Positions 18,795 to 28,306 of a stretch of DNA of 49,397 nt are shown one piece after another. A program made the translations under genes and the position numbers. The notes below the pieces were generated by a model that made no database searches, was not told the DNA's origin, and worked only from the letters and a program-made list of their open reading frames with translations. The stretch lies in IMG/VR virus record IMGVR_UViG_648861009_000005. The stretch is one strand, 5' to 3'. Source of the DNA: a virus (Duplodnaviria > Heunggongvirae > Uroviricota > Caudoviricetes). Within the stretch, counting starts at the first letter, position 1. The number at the start of each line of letters is the position of its first letter.

Positions 18795-19130
18795 TTATGG
18801 ACTTTGTTGTTTTAGCCCATAAGGACATATTTGCAGAGTGCAACGGTTATTAAAGCATTCATTCAATACGTTATCTGTATTTGTAGGGCATTCCTGGCTG
18901 TTTTTGATTAAATTCCAGAATGTTTTATTGAATGGTACTACGTTGTAAATGGTTACAGGTAGCACTTTGTTATTGAGCATGATACCTGTGTGAGTCAGTG
19001 TAAATATACTTTCAGGAGGTAAGAAAGCATCCGATTGATACCAGATTATTAATTTTATTTTACTCCATATGACTGAAAAAGATATTCCGCATGATGGCTG
19101 GATAACTGTATCAATCACAATCCACTTCAT
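18795..19130 (-). CDS. Hypothetical protein, AT-rich moron on the opposite strand
   Basis: 111-aa ORF with AAGGAA RBS in a low-GC island between Q and the holin; no recognisable domain. Confidence 0.35.
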   Translation of the reverse strand: MKWIVIDTVIQPSCGISFSVIWSKIKLIIWYQSDAFLPPESIFTLTHTGIMLNNKVLPVTIYNVVPFNKTFWNLIKNSQECPTNTDNVLNECFNNRCTLQICPYGLKQQSP

Positions 19131-19390
19131 TTAGTTTCCTTGTTTATGCCTTGCTGGTGATGTTCTGAAAAGTATAAATGATATTTTTGATTGTAAACCA
19201 TAGAGCAGAATTATTTTTCTGATGTTGTTTATTGTTTATTTAAATGCAGGGTGGTTTATATCTCGTCTTGTAGTTTATCCATGCATATCTGCTTGATGAT
19301 GAGGTTTTTATTTAAGGTATGGTTTTGTGTTTTTTCTGTATTACATGTCAGGTATTTTAAAGAATCATTTTTCAGATGGTGGAAAGAACC

Positions 19391-19579
19391 ATGGCATTTA
19401 AACACTATGATGTTGTCAGGGCGGCGTCGCCGTCAGATCTTGCGGAAAAGCTGACACATAAACTGAAAGAGGGCTGGCAGCCGTTTGGTAGTCCGGTGGC
19501 CATAACCCCTTATACCCTGATGCAGGCGATTGCAGCAGAAGGTGATGTGGTGGTCAGTGGTGCAACTGAGCCGGAGTGA
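19391..19579 (+). CDS. Hypothetical small protein upstream of the holin
   Basis: 62-aa ORF (MAFKHYDVVRAASPSDLAEKL...). Confidence 0.35.
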   Translation: MAFKHYDVVRAASPSDLAEKLTHKLKEGWQPFGSPVAITPYTLMQAIAAEGDVVVSGATEPE

Positions 19580-19886
19580 TACTACGTCATCGTACTGGCC
19601 CGGCATTCCAGGCCATAAAAGACGGTCTGGCAGTGGGACTAAATGCACTGACGCTGACGGATATTACCAAAAATGCAACGTATGGCGTTGAGATAGAAAG
19701 TCTGGTGCTGGAGATAAATGCACCGGCATCATCATAAAAAGTGAGCCAGTCAAATGGAAGGTATCGTTAAACTCACCGGTAGTGTCAGTGGGTCGTCTGA
19801 GACGCCTGCATGAGTTATCAGAGCCATCAGTACTTAACTGGTGGCTTTTTTATTGTTGTCAGCTTCCGGATAACGGGAGACGGGGT

Positions 19887-20102
19887 ATGTACCAGATGGA
19901 AAAAATCACAACAGGTGTGTCATACACCACGTCAGCGGTGGGAACGGGCTACTGGTTCCTGCAGTTGCTGGACAGGGTTTCCCCGTCTCAGTGGGCGGCA
20001 ATAGGCGTGCTGGGGAGTCTGCTGTTTGGGCTGCTGACATATCTGACTAACCTGTATTTCAAAATCAAAGAGGACCGGCGTAAGGCGGCGCGGGGAGAGT
20101 AA
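19887..20102 (+). CDS. S: Class II holin, phage 21 S-like pinholin with dual start
   Basis: 71 aa; [22 protein letters not shown]...[21 protein letters not shown] matches S21; Met1 and Met4 dual-start motif. Confidence 0.85.
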   Translation: MYQMEKITTGVSYTTSAVGTGYWFLQLLDRVSPSQWAAIGVLGSLLFGLLTYLTNLYFKIKEDRRKAARGE

Positions 20103-20106
20103 AGTG

Positions 20107-20997
20107 ATGAATAAAAAATATGAACTGGTTGTTAAGGGGATAAATAATTACGGGGATAAGGTTACTGTTACTGTGAAGTCGGAAGGTGACGGGCAAGCGT
20201 CGCTGTTGTTGCCAGATGTGGCGATTAGTCTTGACCGTACTGAAGGTGCCACGCTGGAGTTTTACGAAGCTGAGGCGAAAAAGCAGGCGAAGCAGTTTTT
20301 CATGGATGTTGCTGCCGGGTTATGTGAATGGAACGAACCGTTGCCGGAAAAGCGCCCCGTAATTTTAGAGGCGCAGGATGTGTTGATAACCTACAAAGGA
20401 AAGCTACCGGGAAGAATTACTTGTTCTCTGAAGATGCCGCCGTCAACACTGCGGTCAGAAAAAGATGATGTTGAATCACGTATTGAAAAACTGGAGAGCT
20501 ACGTCGTTGAGCTGAATAAGAAATGGTCGATATTGGTGCCTTCTGGCGATGAAAAGCAGTTTGCTGCGTTTGACGATTATTGTCGGAAAGTGATGAGCAG
20601 AAATCTCGCAGAGTGTTTCAGTATTCATAATGATAATTTCAGTGACCCGGAATGGGAGTGTAACCGGCCATCCTTTGTTGTATCCGGTGATGCTGGGAAA
20701 ATAACCATCTCAGAAAATGGGAAAGTAACACCTCCATCGCACCAGCACAGTGAGGAGCTCATTGAATTTGCCATTGATTACCTGAAGAACAATAAAAAGC
20801 AGGGGCTGATGAAGCGCGTTGGCCGTTGCATGGGATATCTTCAGGTAGCCGCTGAGATTGAAGCGCTGGCCAGTGGTGCTGATAAGGATGCAATTGTGCG
20901 GGAGGCTCTTCTTCGTGATTTTAATACTCCACCCTTTAAAAAAGGGCCGGCTTACTGGCTTCATCCGGGGCTGACTTATCTTAAAGTGCGTATTTAG
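20107..20997 (+). CDS. Hypothetical soluble protein (296 aa) inserted between holin and endolysin
   Basis: Clean ORF with no TM or signal peptide and no motif I recognise; lower GC than its neighbours. Confidence 0.5.
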   Translation: MNKKYELVVKGINNYGDKVTVTVKSEGDGQASLLLPDVAISLDRTEGATLEFYEAEAKKQAKQFFMDVAAGLCEWNEPLPEKRPVILEAQDVLITYKGKLPGRITCSLKMPPSTLRSEKDDVESRIEKLESYVVELNKKWSILVPSGDEKQFAAFDDYCRKVMSRNLAECFSIHNDNFSDPEWECNRPSFVVSGDAGKITISENGKVTPPSHQHSEELIEFAIDYLKNNKKQGLMKRVGRCMGYLQVAAEIEALASGADKDAIVREALLRDFNTPPFKKGPAYWLHPGLTYLKVRI

Positions 20998-21033
20998 TGG
21001 GCCAGGGACAGCGGCTGAATATTTAATATATCC

Positions 21034-21567
21034 ATGAACACCAAAATCAAATACGGCCTGTCGGCTGCCGTTCTGGCGCTGATTGCCGCTGGTGCGCCTG
21101 CGCCTGACATTCTCGACCAGTTTCTGGATGAAAAGGAAGGCAACCACACCACGGCATACCGTGATGGTGCAGGTATCTGGACCATCTGCCGTGGTGCCAT
21201 CATGGTGGATGGCAAACCTGTCGTTCCGGGCATGAAGTTGTCGAAGGAAAAATGCGACCAGGTTAACGCCATTGAGCGTGATAAAGCGCTGGCGTGGGTG
21301 GAGAAAAACATCAGAGTGCCGCTGACCGAACCCCAGAAAGCGGGGATCGCGTCATTCTGTCCGTACAACATTGGTCCCGGTAAGTGTTTCCCGTCGACGT
21401 TTTACAGACGAATTAATGCTGGTGATCGAAAAGGTGCCTGCGAAGCGATTCGCTGGTGGATTAAGGACGGTGGCAGAGACTGCCGTATTCGTTCAAACAA
21501 CTGTTACGGTCAGGTATCCCGTCGTGACCAGGAGAGCGCGCTGGCGTGCTGGGGTATCGACAGATAA
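21034..21567 (+). CDS. R: SAR endolysin (GH24 lysozyme with signal-anchor-release N-terminus)
   Basis: N-terminal weakly hydrophobic SAR segment GLSAAVLALIAAGA; E..D..T catalytic spacing (EGNHTTAYRDGAGIWTICRG). Confidence 0.85.
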   Translation: MNTKIKYGLSAAVLALIAAGAPAPDILDQFLDEKEGNHTTAYRDGAGIWTICRGAIMVDGKPVVPGMKLSKEKCDQVNAIERDKALAWVEKNIRVPLTEPQKAGIASFCPYNIGPGKCFPSTFYRRINAGDRKGACEAIRWWIKDGGRDCRIRSNNCYGQVSRRDQESALACWGIDR

Positions 21568-21723
21568 GCAGAATATTTTGCTGAAAAATGAGGAATGGCC
21601 ACGCGGGCGGATAACACGAAATCCTGCGAACTGGCGAAACGTAAGTGAATAAAAGTAAAAACCCCGTTTGTTGGCACCAAGCGAGGTTTTGTGTTTCTGA
21701 CCTTGAGTAAGGCAAGGGAGAAC

Positions 21724-21906
21724 ATGGCGAAGTGTAAACGAATTCTGTTGAGGTTGACTATGAAAAATGGCCTTGAACTGAAAGCGCCTGTAACTGATGA
21801 CATCAGCAGAGCACTGGCTTTTGCCATTAAGTGGGTGGCGGTCGGTGTTGCTGTGTCCCCGATGCTGTATGGGCTGGCAAAACTGGTCATTGCGTTGAAA
21901 TCGTGA
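21724..21906 (+). CDS. Small protein with C-terminal TM segment
   Basis: 60 aa; AGGGAGA RBS; hydrophobic tail [22 protein letters not shown]. Confidence 0.3.
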   Translation: MAKCKRILLRLTMKNGLELKAPVTDDISRALAFAIKWVAVGVAVSPMLYGLAKLVIALKS

Positions 21907-21920
21907 AGGGAGGATTAAGC

Positions 21921-22052
21921 ATGTCAGACAAACTCATAACGCTGGCGAAGATCCTCTGTGTAATTGTCGGCATTTCATTTTCACTAATGCTGGTTGCTCT
22001 TTTTCTTTCCATGGCCTGGATGATGTTGTCTTCGTCGGGGTTGCTGGGGTGA
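21921..22052 (+). CDS. Small single-pass membrane protein
   Basis: 43 aa; strong GAAGGGAGGA RBS; stop overlaps the Rz start. Confidence 0.4.
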   Translation: MSDKLITLAKILCVIVGISFSLMLVALFLSMAWMMLSSSGLLG

Positions 22053-22522
22053 ACATAAACCGAATGCTTTCCGCGTTTATCGTTATTCTGCTGGTGGCCT
22101 GTGGTGCGCTGTGGATGGCAACAGACCATTACCGTGATAACGCGATTACCTACAAAGCGCAGCGCGATAACAAAGCCAGTGAACTGAAGCTGGCGAACGC
22201 AACCATTACTGATATGCAGGTGCGCCAGCGCGATGTTGCTGCGCTCGATGCAAAATACTCGAGGGAATTAGCCGATGCGAGAGCTGAAAATGAAACTCTT
22301 CGCGCTGACGTTGCCGCTGGTCGTAAGCGCCTGCGGATCAACGCCACCTGTCCAGGCTCCGTGCGTGAAGCCCCCACCACCTCCGGCGTGGATAATGCAA
22401 CCGGCCCCCAACTGGCAGACACCGTTACACGGGATTATTTCACCCTCAGAGAGCGGCTGATGACGATGCACAAGCAACTGGAAGGGGCACAGGACTATAT
22501 CCGCACTCAGTGCCTGAAATAA
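22049..22522 (+). CDS. Rz: Rz i-spanin
   Basis: [14 protein letters not shown]...[33 protein letters not shown] matches lambda Rz. Confidence 0.85.
   Translation: MNINRMLSAFIVILLVACGALWMATDHYRDNAITYKAQRDNKASELKLANATITDMQVRQRDVAALDAKYSRELADARAENETLRADVAAGRKRLRINATCPGSVREAPTTSGVDNATGPQLADTVTRDYFTLRERLMTMHKQLEGAQDYIRTQCLK
22275..22460 (+). CDS. Rz1: Rz1 o-spanin lipoprotein, embedded in Rz in the +1 frame
   Basis: [10 protein letters not shown] lipobox; [26 protein letters not shown] matches lambda Rz1. Confidence 0.8.
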   Translation: MRELKMKLFALTLPLVVSACGSTPPVQAPCVKPPPPPAWIMQPAPNWQTPLHGIISPSESG

Positions 22523-22832
22523 GTTTTGTTGATGCGCCGTATCGTCGCTATATTCCCTCATTAACAGAGACCGCAGCCCGACAGGGAGACTCCTCTGCGC
22601 GAGTGTGCGGGGATAATTAAAAACGATGCACACCGGGTTTTTACCGCGTTAATGATTCGCGGGTTTATCCCGGTGCGATGGTGGAAGAAACAGGAAGCTG
22701 TATTACAGAAAGTGCTACTACTGTATCCCGATGCGATGTATGTAATGTGAGTCAGATAATGGCACAGGATGTGGTGATGTGGCAGTCTGGAACACAGGAT
22801 ATATTGTCAGAATAAGACCCGTAGGAATAAAA

Positions 22833-23159
22833 ATGAAAAGACGCCTTTTACTACTTTTTCTGTTATCTGTCCTGGCAGTGGGATGCTCGCAGCAAAAAGC
22901 TGATGAGCCCCGGCAATTAGTGACGGTGTATCCACGATATCCGGAATATGCTGCAGCAAATTATATCAAGGGGCTGGTTGAGGTTAAGTTCGATATTGGT
23001 GCTGATGGGACTGTGACACGGATCGTTTTTCTCCGCTCAGAGCCTCATAATTTGTTTCGTGATGAAGTGGTGAAGGCCATGGCGAAATGGCGATTTGAAA
23101 AGAATCGCCCCTGTCAGGGAGTGAAGAGACAATTTATCTTTACGCCGTCACGTCCTTGA
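22833..23159 (+). CDS. Lipoprotein with TonB C-terminal-like domain
   Basis: Signal peptide with LAVGC lipobox; PRYPEYAAANYIKGLVEVKFDIGADGTVTRIVFLRSEP...AMAKWRFE fits the TonB_C pattern. Confidence 0.55.
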   Translation: MKRRLLLLFLLSVLAVGCSQQKADEPRQLVTVYPRYPEYAAANYIKGLVEVKFDIGADGTVTRIVFLRSEPHNLFRDEVVKAMAKWRFEKNRPCQGVKRQFIFTPSRP

Positions 23160-23905
23160 TGCTTCCAGGTAGAGAGGGGCTGGACGCAGGAGAAAAATGA
23201 AAGAGCCAGCGGTTATATTTTTGTCATGGCTGACGAGGAATGATGGAAGAAGGCGTTGTATGCCACACAACGCCTCACTGTTCATTTCTTCTTTTTCTCT
23301 GGTGGAACCCGATGAATAAGAGTTGCACTGGTTTCCGATGAGATGGCGATATACTCGGGCAAAGTATGCTGGCAGTTTTCCAACTGGTCAAAAATACCTG
23401 CTCTCGTCTGTTGCAATGCCTGCAGCATGCGGCGGCAATGCGCCTTGCTTTTACTAACCATCTTTCCTTCCTCTATCAGTCGCTGCGTGAACTCATCATG
23501 TAATACCAGGTAAATGCGGATGTTATCGGTTTTGGCTACGCAGCATAGTACAAAACGGACAGGTGCATCCCGGGACGGGGGAGGCGTCACATGTCCCTGT
23601 GATGGTTGTTCCGGGTAATGCACTGTGTGGGGCATAAAAATGTCCGATAATTTTACTTTCTACCGCAGTTAGTTGATTCGTTGGTCCTGGTAGCACATTG
23701 GGCGAGGATTTAAATGCCAGGCAACTGAAGGATGATGTTGCAAGGGAGATAGCGAGAATATTTCTGATTTTCATTTGATGATGCCTCTGTGTGAAATGAC
23801 GGTAAACGACGCACTTGTGCCGGCACATAATAGCAAGCACCATAATAGATCAGATTCGATTCTTGCTGTAAGTGATAATTATTCTCGTTTTCGGGTCCTT
23901 TCCGT

Positions 23906-24090
23906 CGATCCAACAGGTTACGGGGCGGCGACCTCGCGGGTTTTCGCTATTTATGAAAATTTTCCGGGAACCATGTCCGGTTTCTCTTCAAGTTAACTAT
24001 ATGAAAAATAAAAAAAGAGGTCTTCTGTGAACCGGACATGCACAAAAAATAGACATGTAAGCCGGACATGACCGGTTTTGTTGTGATTGT
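23906..24090. other. cos site: cosN cohesive-end sequence GGGCGGCGACCT (23923-23934) plus cosB-like terminase-binding repeats
   Basis: CGATCCAACAGGTTACG|GGGCGGCGACCTCGCGGGTTTTCGCTATTTATGAAAATTTTCCGG matches the lambda cos region as recalled; three AACCGGACATG-type repeats (one inverted) and an A/T-rich IHF-like tract follow. Confidence 0.8.
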
Positions 24091-24117
24091 GAAGTGAGAG
24101 TTTTTGCGAGGTGAGGA

Positions 24118-24627
24118 GTGGCTACGCAGACTGAAGTTGCCAGGCATTTAAGTCTGACCGATCGCCAGCTTCGCAGATTGCAGAAATTGCCGGGTGCCCC
24201 GATATCGAATAAGCGAGGGCAACTGGATCTGGATGCCTGGCGCGATTTTTACATATCGTATCTGAGAAGAAGTAAAAACGATGTGCCTGATGGCGATAGC
24301 GAAGACGACTATGAGGAGAAATTGCTTATTGCCAGATGGGAACTGACAGCAGAACAGGCTGTTACACAGCAGTTAAAAAATGAGGTGTCAAAAGGAAAAC
24401 TTATTGATACCGGGTTCTGTATTTTTGCCCTCAGCAAGCTGGCAATGGCGTTATCCAGTACGCTTGATTCCATCCCTTTATCCATGCAGCGACAGTTTCC
24501 TGATTTAACACCGCGCCATCTTGACCATCTGAAAACCCTTATTGCGAAGGGGGCAAATCAGTGTGCGCGGGCGGGGGATAAATTACCGGATTTACTCGAT
24601 GAATATATCAGAGCAACAACTGAATAA
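24118..24627 (+). CDS. nu1: Terminase small subunit (Nu1-like)
   Basis: GTG start with GAGGAG RBS; C-terminal LPLSMQRQFPDL..RHLDHLK matches lambda Nu1. Confidence 0.8.
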   Translation: MATQTEVARHLSLTDRQLRRLQKLPGAPISNKRGQLDLDAWRDFYISYLRRSKNDVPDGDSEDDYEEKLLIARWELTAEQAVTQQLKNEVSKGKLIDTGFCIFALSKLAMALSSTLDSIPLSMQRQFPDLTPRHLDHLKTLIAKGANQCARAGDKLPDLLDEYIRATTE

Positions 24628-26527
24628 TATGATGAGTGCTGTCACAACAGCATTACAGCCCCTGATAAGGGCATTGCCGGTGACGCCAGTTGAATGGGCT
24701 GATCAAAATTATTATCTGCCTAAAGAATCTTCATATGGTGAGGGAGAATGGAAAACGCTGCCGTTCCAGATCGCCATCATGAACAGCATGGGGAATGATC
24801 AGATCCGGACTGTTAATCTGATTAAATCTGCCCGTGTTGGCTATACAAAGATGTTGCTGGGGGTGGTCGGGTATTTTATTGAGCATAAATCCCGAAACAG
24901 TCTGCTTTTTCAGCCCACGGATTCTGCCGCTGAAGATTTTATGAAGTCTCACGTGGAGGCGACGATTCGGGATGTGCCATGTCTGAAAGACCTTTTTCCA
25001 TGGCTGGGGCGTAAACATCGTGACAATACCCTCACGCTGAAACGCTTTTCATCGGGTGTGGGTTTCTGGTGCCTGGGCGGCGCTGCCGCCAAAAACTACC
25101 GTGAAAAATCCGTGGACGTGGTCTGCTATGACGAACTTTCCTCGTTCGAACCGGATGTCGAAAAAGAGGGTTCGCCAACCCTGCTTGGGGATAAACGTAT
25201 TGAGGGCTCTGTATGGCCCAAATCCATTCGCGGCTCGACGCCTAAAATCAAAGGCACCTGCCAGATCGAAAAAGCGGCCAACGAGTCGGCGCATTTCATG
25301 CGTTTTTATGTGCCCTGCCCACACTGTGGGGAGGAGCAGTATCTGAAATTTGGCGATGAATCCACGCCTTTTGGCCTTAAATGGGAGAAGGACAGCCCCG
25401 AAAGCGTTTTCTACCTCTGTGAACATCATGGCTGCGTGATCCATCAGTCTGAGCTTGACCAGAGCAACGGGCGGTGGATCTGTGAAAACACGGGGATGTG
25501 GACCCGTGACGGTCTGACGTTTTTCAGCGCCGCGGATAATGAAATTCCGCCGCCGCGCTCCATCACGTTCCATATCTGGACAGCGTACAGTCCGTTCACC
25601 ACCTGGGTACAGATAGTCTATGACTGGCTGGATGCACTGAAAGATCCCAACGGCCTGAAAACCTTTGTGAACACCACGCTGGGCGAGACCTGGGAAGAGG
25701 CCGTGGGCGAAAAACTCGATCACCAGGTGCTGATGGATAAGGTTGTGCGTTACACGGCGGCGGTGCCTGCCCGGGTGGTTTATCTGACGGCGGGCATTGA
25801 CTCGCAGCGAAACCGTTTTGAGATGTATGTCTGGGGATGGGCACCGGGAGAGGAAGCTTTTCTGGTGGATAAAATCATCATTATGGGGCGTCCTGATGAG
25901 GAAGAGACGCTGTTACGTGTGGATGCGGCGATCAACAAAAAATACCGCCATGCGGATGGCACCGAAATGACCATTTCCCGTGTCTGCTGGGACACCGGGG
26001 GGATCGATGGTGAAATCGTCTACCAGAGGTCAAAAAAACACGGTGTTTTCCGTGTGCTGCCGGTAAAAGGCGCGTCTGTCTATGGCAAGCCGGTGATCAC
26101 CATGCCGAAAACCCGCAATCAGCGGGGCGTTTATCTGTGTGAAGTGGGGACGGACACCGCAAAAGAAATTCTCTATGCCCGTATGAAAGCCGAGCCCACG
26201 CCTGCGGATGAAGCCACGTCGTATGCCATCCGTTTTCCTGATGATCCGGAGATTTTTTCGCAGACAGAGGCGCAGCAACTGGTCGCGGAAGAGCTTGTGG
26301 AGAAGTGGGAAAAAGGAAAGATGCGTCTGCTGTGGGATAACAAAAAGCGGCGTAACGAAGCGCTGGACTGCCTGGTGTATGCCTACGCGGCATTACGTGT
26401 GTCCGTGCAACGCTGGCAGCTTGATCTGGCTGTACTGGCAAAATCCCGGGAAGAAGAGACGACCCGGCCAACCCTTAAAGAACTGGCAGCGAAGCTGTCC
26501 GGAGGAGTGAATGGTTACAGTCGCTGA
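24599..26527 (+). CDS. A: Terminase large subunit (gpA-like)
   Basis: Extensive identity to lambda A along its length (WADQNYYLPKES, FMRFYVPCPHCGEEQYLKFGD, Walker-type and nuclease regions). Confidence 0.95.
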   Translation: MNISEQQLNNMMSAVTTALQPLIRALPVTPVEWADQNYYLPKESSYGEGEWKTLPFQIAIMNSMGNDQIRTVNLIKSARVGYTKMLLGVVGYFIEHKSRNSLLFQPTDSAAEDFMKSHVEATIRDVPCLKDLFPWLGRKHRDNTLTLKRFSSGVGFWCLGGAAAKNYREKSVDVVCYDELSSFEPDVEKEGSPTLLGDKRIEGSVWPKSIRGSTPKIKGTCQIEKAANESAHFMRFYVPCPHCGEEQYLKFGDESTPFGLKWEKDSPESVFYLCEHHGCVIHQSELDQSNGRWICENTGMWTRDGLTFFSAADNEIPPPRSITFHIWTAYSPFTTWVQIVYDWLDALKDPNGLKTFVNTTLGETWEEAVGEKLDHQVLMDKVVRYTAAVPARVVYLTAGIDSQRNRFEMYVWGWAPGEEAFLVDKIIIMGRPDEEETLLRVDAAINKKYRHADGTEMTISRVCWDTGGIDGEIVYQRSKKHGVFRVLPVKGASVYGKPVITMPKTRNQRGVYLCEVGTDTAKEILYARMKAEPTPADEATSYAIRFPDDPEIFSQTEAQQLVAEELVEKWEKGKMRLLWDNKKRRNEALDCLVYAYAALRVSVQRWQLDLAVLAKSREEETTRPTLKELAAKLSGGVNGYSR

Positions 26528-26717
26528 ACTGCAGGCGCTGCGTCAGGCGCGCCTTGATTTATTAACCGGTAAACGGGTGGTGTCTGTCCAGAAAGATGGA
26601 CGAAGAATTGAATATACGGCGGCCTCTCTGGATGAGCTTAACCGTGCGATCAATGATGCTGAGTTGGTACTGGGGACAACCCGCCGTCGCCGTCGTCCGC
26701 TGGGAGTGAGGTTATGA
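26511..26717 (+). CDS. W: Head-tail joining protein W
   Basis: LLTGKRVVSVQKDGRRIEYTAAS matches lambda W. Confidence 0.85.
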   Translation: MVTVAELQALRQARLDLLTGKRVVSVQKDGRRIEYTAASLDELNRAINDAELVLGTTRRRRRPLGVRL

Positions 26718-28306
26718 AACGAACGCCTGTCCTGATTGATGTGAACGGCGTTCCGCTTCGGGAGAGCCTCAGCTACAACGGGGGCGGCGCAGGATTTGGC
26801 GGGCAAATGGCGGAGTGGTTGCCACCGGCGCAGAGTGCCGATGCGGCCCTGCTGCCCGCGTTGCGTCTGGGGAATGCCCGGGCAGATGATCTGGTGCGCA
26901 ATAACGGGATAGCGGCCAATGCGGTGGCCCTGCATAAGGATCACATTGTCGGGCATATGTTTCTTATCAGCTACCGCCCGAACTGGCGCTGGTTGGGGAT
27001 GCGGGAGACCGCGACAAAAAGTTTTGTCGATGAGGTGGAGGCGGCCTGGTCAGAATACGCAGAAGGGGTGTTTGGCGAGATCGACGTGGAAGGGAAACGC
27101 ACGTTTACAGAATTTATTCGTGAAGGTGTGGGCGTTCATGCGTTTAACGGCGAAATCTTTGTGCAGCCGGTCTGGGATCCGGAGAGCACGCAACTGTTTC
27201 GTACGCGTTTTAAAGCCGTGAGTCCGAAACGGGTGGACACGCCAGGACATGGTATCGGGAACCGTTTTCTGCGGGCCGGGGTGGAGGTCGATCGATATGG
27301 TCGTGCCGTTGCGTACCATATCTGTGAGGATGATTTTCCGTTCTCCGGGAGTGGACGATGGGAACGGATCCCGCGTGAACTTCCCACCGGGCGTCCGGCC
27401 ATGCTGCATATTTTCGAGCCGGTGGAGGACGGGCAGACCCGTGGGGCTAATCAGTTTTACAGCGTTATGGAACGGCTGAAGATGCTCGATTCCCTGCAGG
27501 CAACACAGCTTCAGTCGGCCATAGTGAAGGCGATGTATGCAGCGACGATTGAAAGTGACCTTGATACCGAAAAGGCCTTTGAATATATCGCCGGTGCGCC
27601 GCAGGGGCAGAAGGATAATCCGCTTATTAATATTCTGGATAAGTTCTCCACCTGGTATGACACGAATAGCGTGACGCTGGGCGGTGTCAAAATTCCGCAC
27701 CTTTTCCCCGGTGATGATCTGAAACTTCAGACCGCGCAGGATTCAGACAATGGATTTTCGGCGCTTGAACAGGCGCTGCTGCGGTATATCGCCGCCGGTC
27801 TTGGCGTTTCCTACGAACAGTTGTCCCGTGATTACTCGAAGGTCAGTTATTCAAGTGCCCGCGCATCCGCCAATGAGTCGTGGCGCTATTTTATGGGGCG
27901 GCGAAAATTTATTGCGTCCCGGCTGGCCACGCAGATGTTTTCCTGCTGGCTGGAAGAGGCACTTCTTCGGGGGATTATTCGTCCGCCACGGGCACGTTTT
28001 GATTTTTATCAGGCGCGATCAGCCTGGTCACGGGCTGAGTGGATTGGAGCCGGAAGAATGGCCATTGACGGGCTCAAGGAGGTTCAGGAATCAGTGATGC
28101 GCATTGAGGCCGGACTGAGCACGTATGAGAAAGAGCTGGCGCTGATGGGCGAGGATTATCAGGACATTTTCCGCCAGCAGGTCAGGGAATCTGCAGAGCG
28201 GGAAAAAGCCGGACTCTCACGTCCGGTGTGGATAGCGCAGGCGTATCAGCAGCAGATAGCGGAGAGTCGCAGGCCGGAAGAGGAGACAACACCACGTGAG
28301 ACGTAA
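26714..28306 (+). CDS. B: Portal protein (gpB)
   Basis: Size and similarity to lambda B. Confidence 0.9.
   Translation: MKRTPVLIDVNGVPLRESLSYNGGGAGFGGQMAEWLPPAQSADAALLPALRLGNARADDLVRNNGIAANAVALHKDHIVGHMFLISYRPNWRWLGMRETATKSFVDEVEAAWSEYAEGVFGEIDVEGKRTFTEFIREGVGVHAFNGEIFVQPVWDPESTQLFRTRFKAVSPKRVDTPGHGIGNRFLRAGVEVDRYGRAVAYHICEDDFPFSGSGRWERIPRELPTGRPAMLHIFEPVEDGQTRGANQFYSVMERLKMLDSLQATQLQSAIVKAMYAATIESDLDTEKAFEYIAGAPQGQKDNPLINILDKFSTWYDTNSVTLGGVKIPHLFPGDDLKLQTAQDSDNGFSALEQALLRYIAAGLGVSYEQLSRDYSKVSYSSARASANESWRYFMGRRKFIASRLATQMFSCWLEEALLRGIIRPPRARFDFYQARSAWSRAEWIGAGRMAIDGLKEVQESVMRIEAGLSTYEKELALMGEDYQDIFRQQVRESAEREKAGLSRPVWIAQAYQQQIAESRRPEEETTPRET

Noticed and set aside
25049-25723. 224-aa minus-strand ORF inside the terminase large-subunit gene
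   Set aside because: Antisense shadow ORF of a highly conserved gene; no RBS or independent support.
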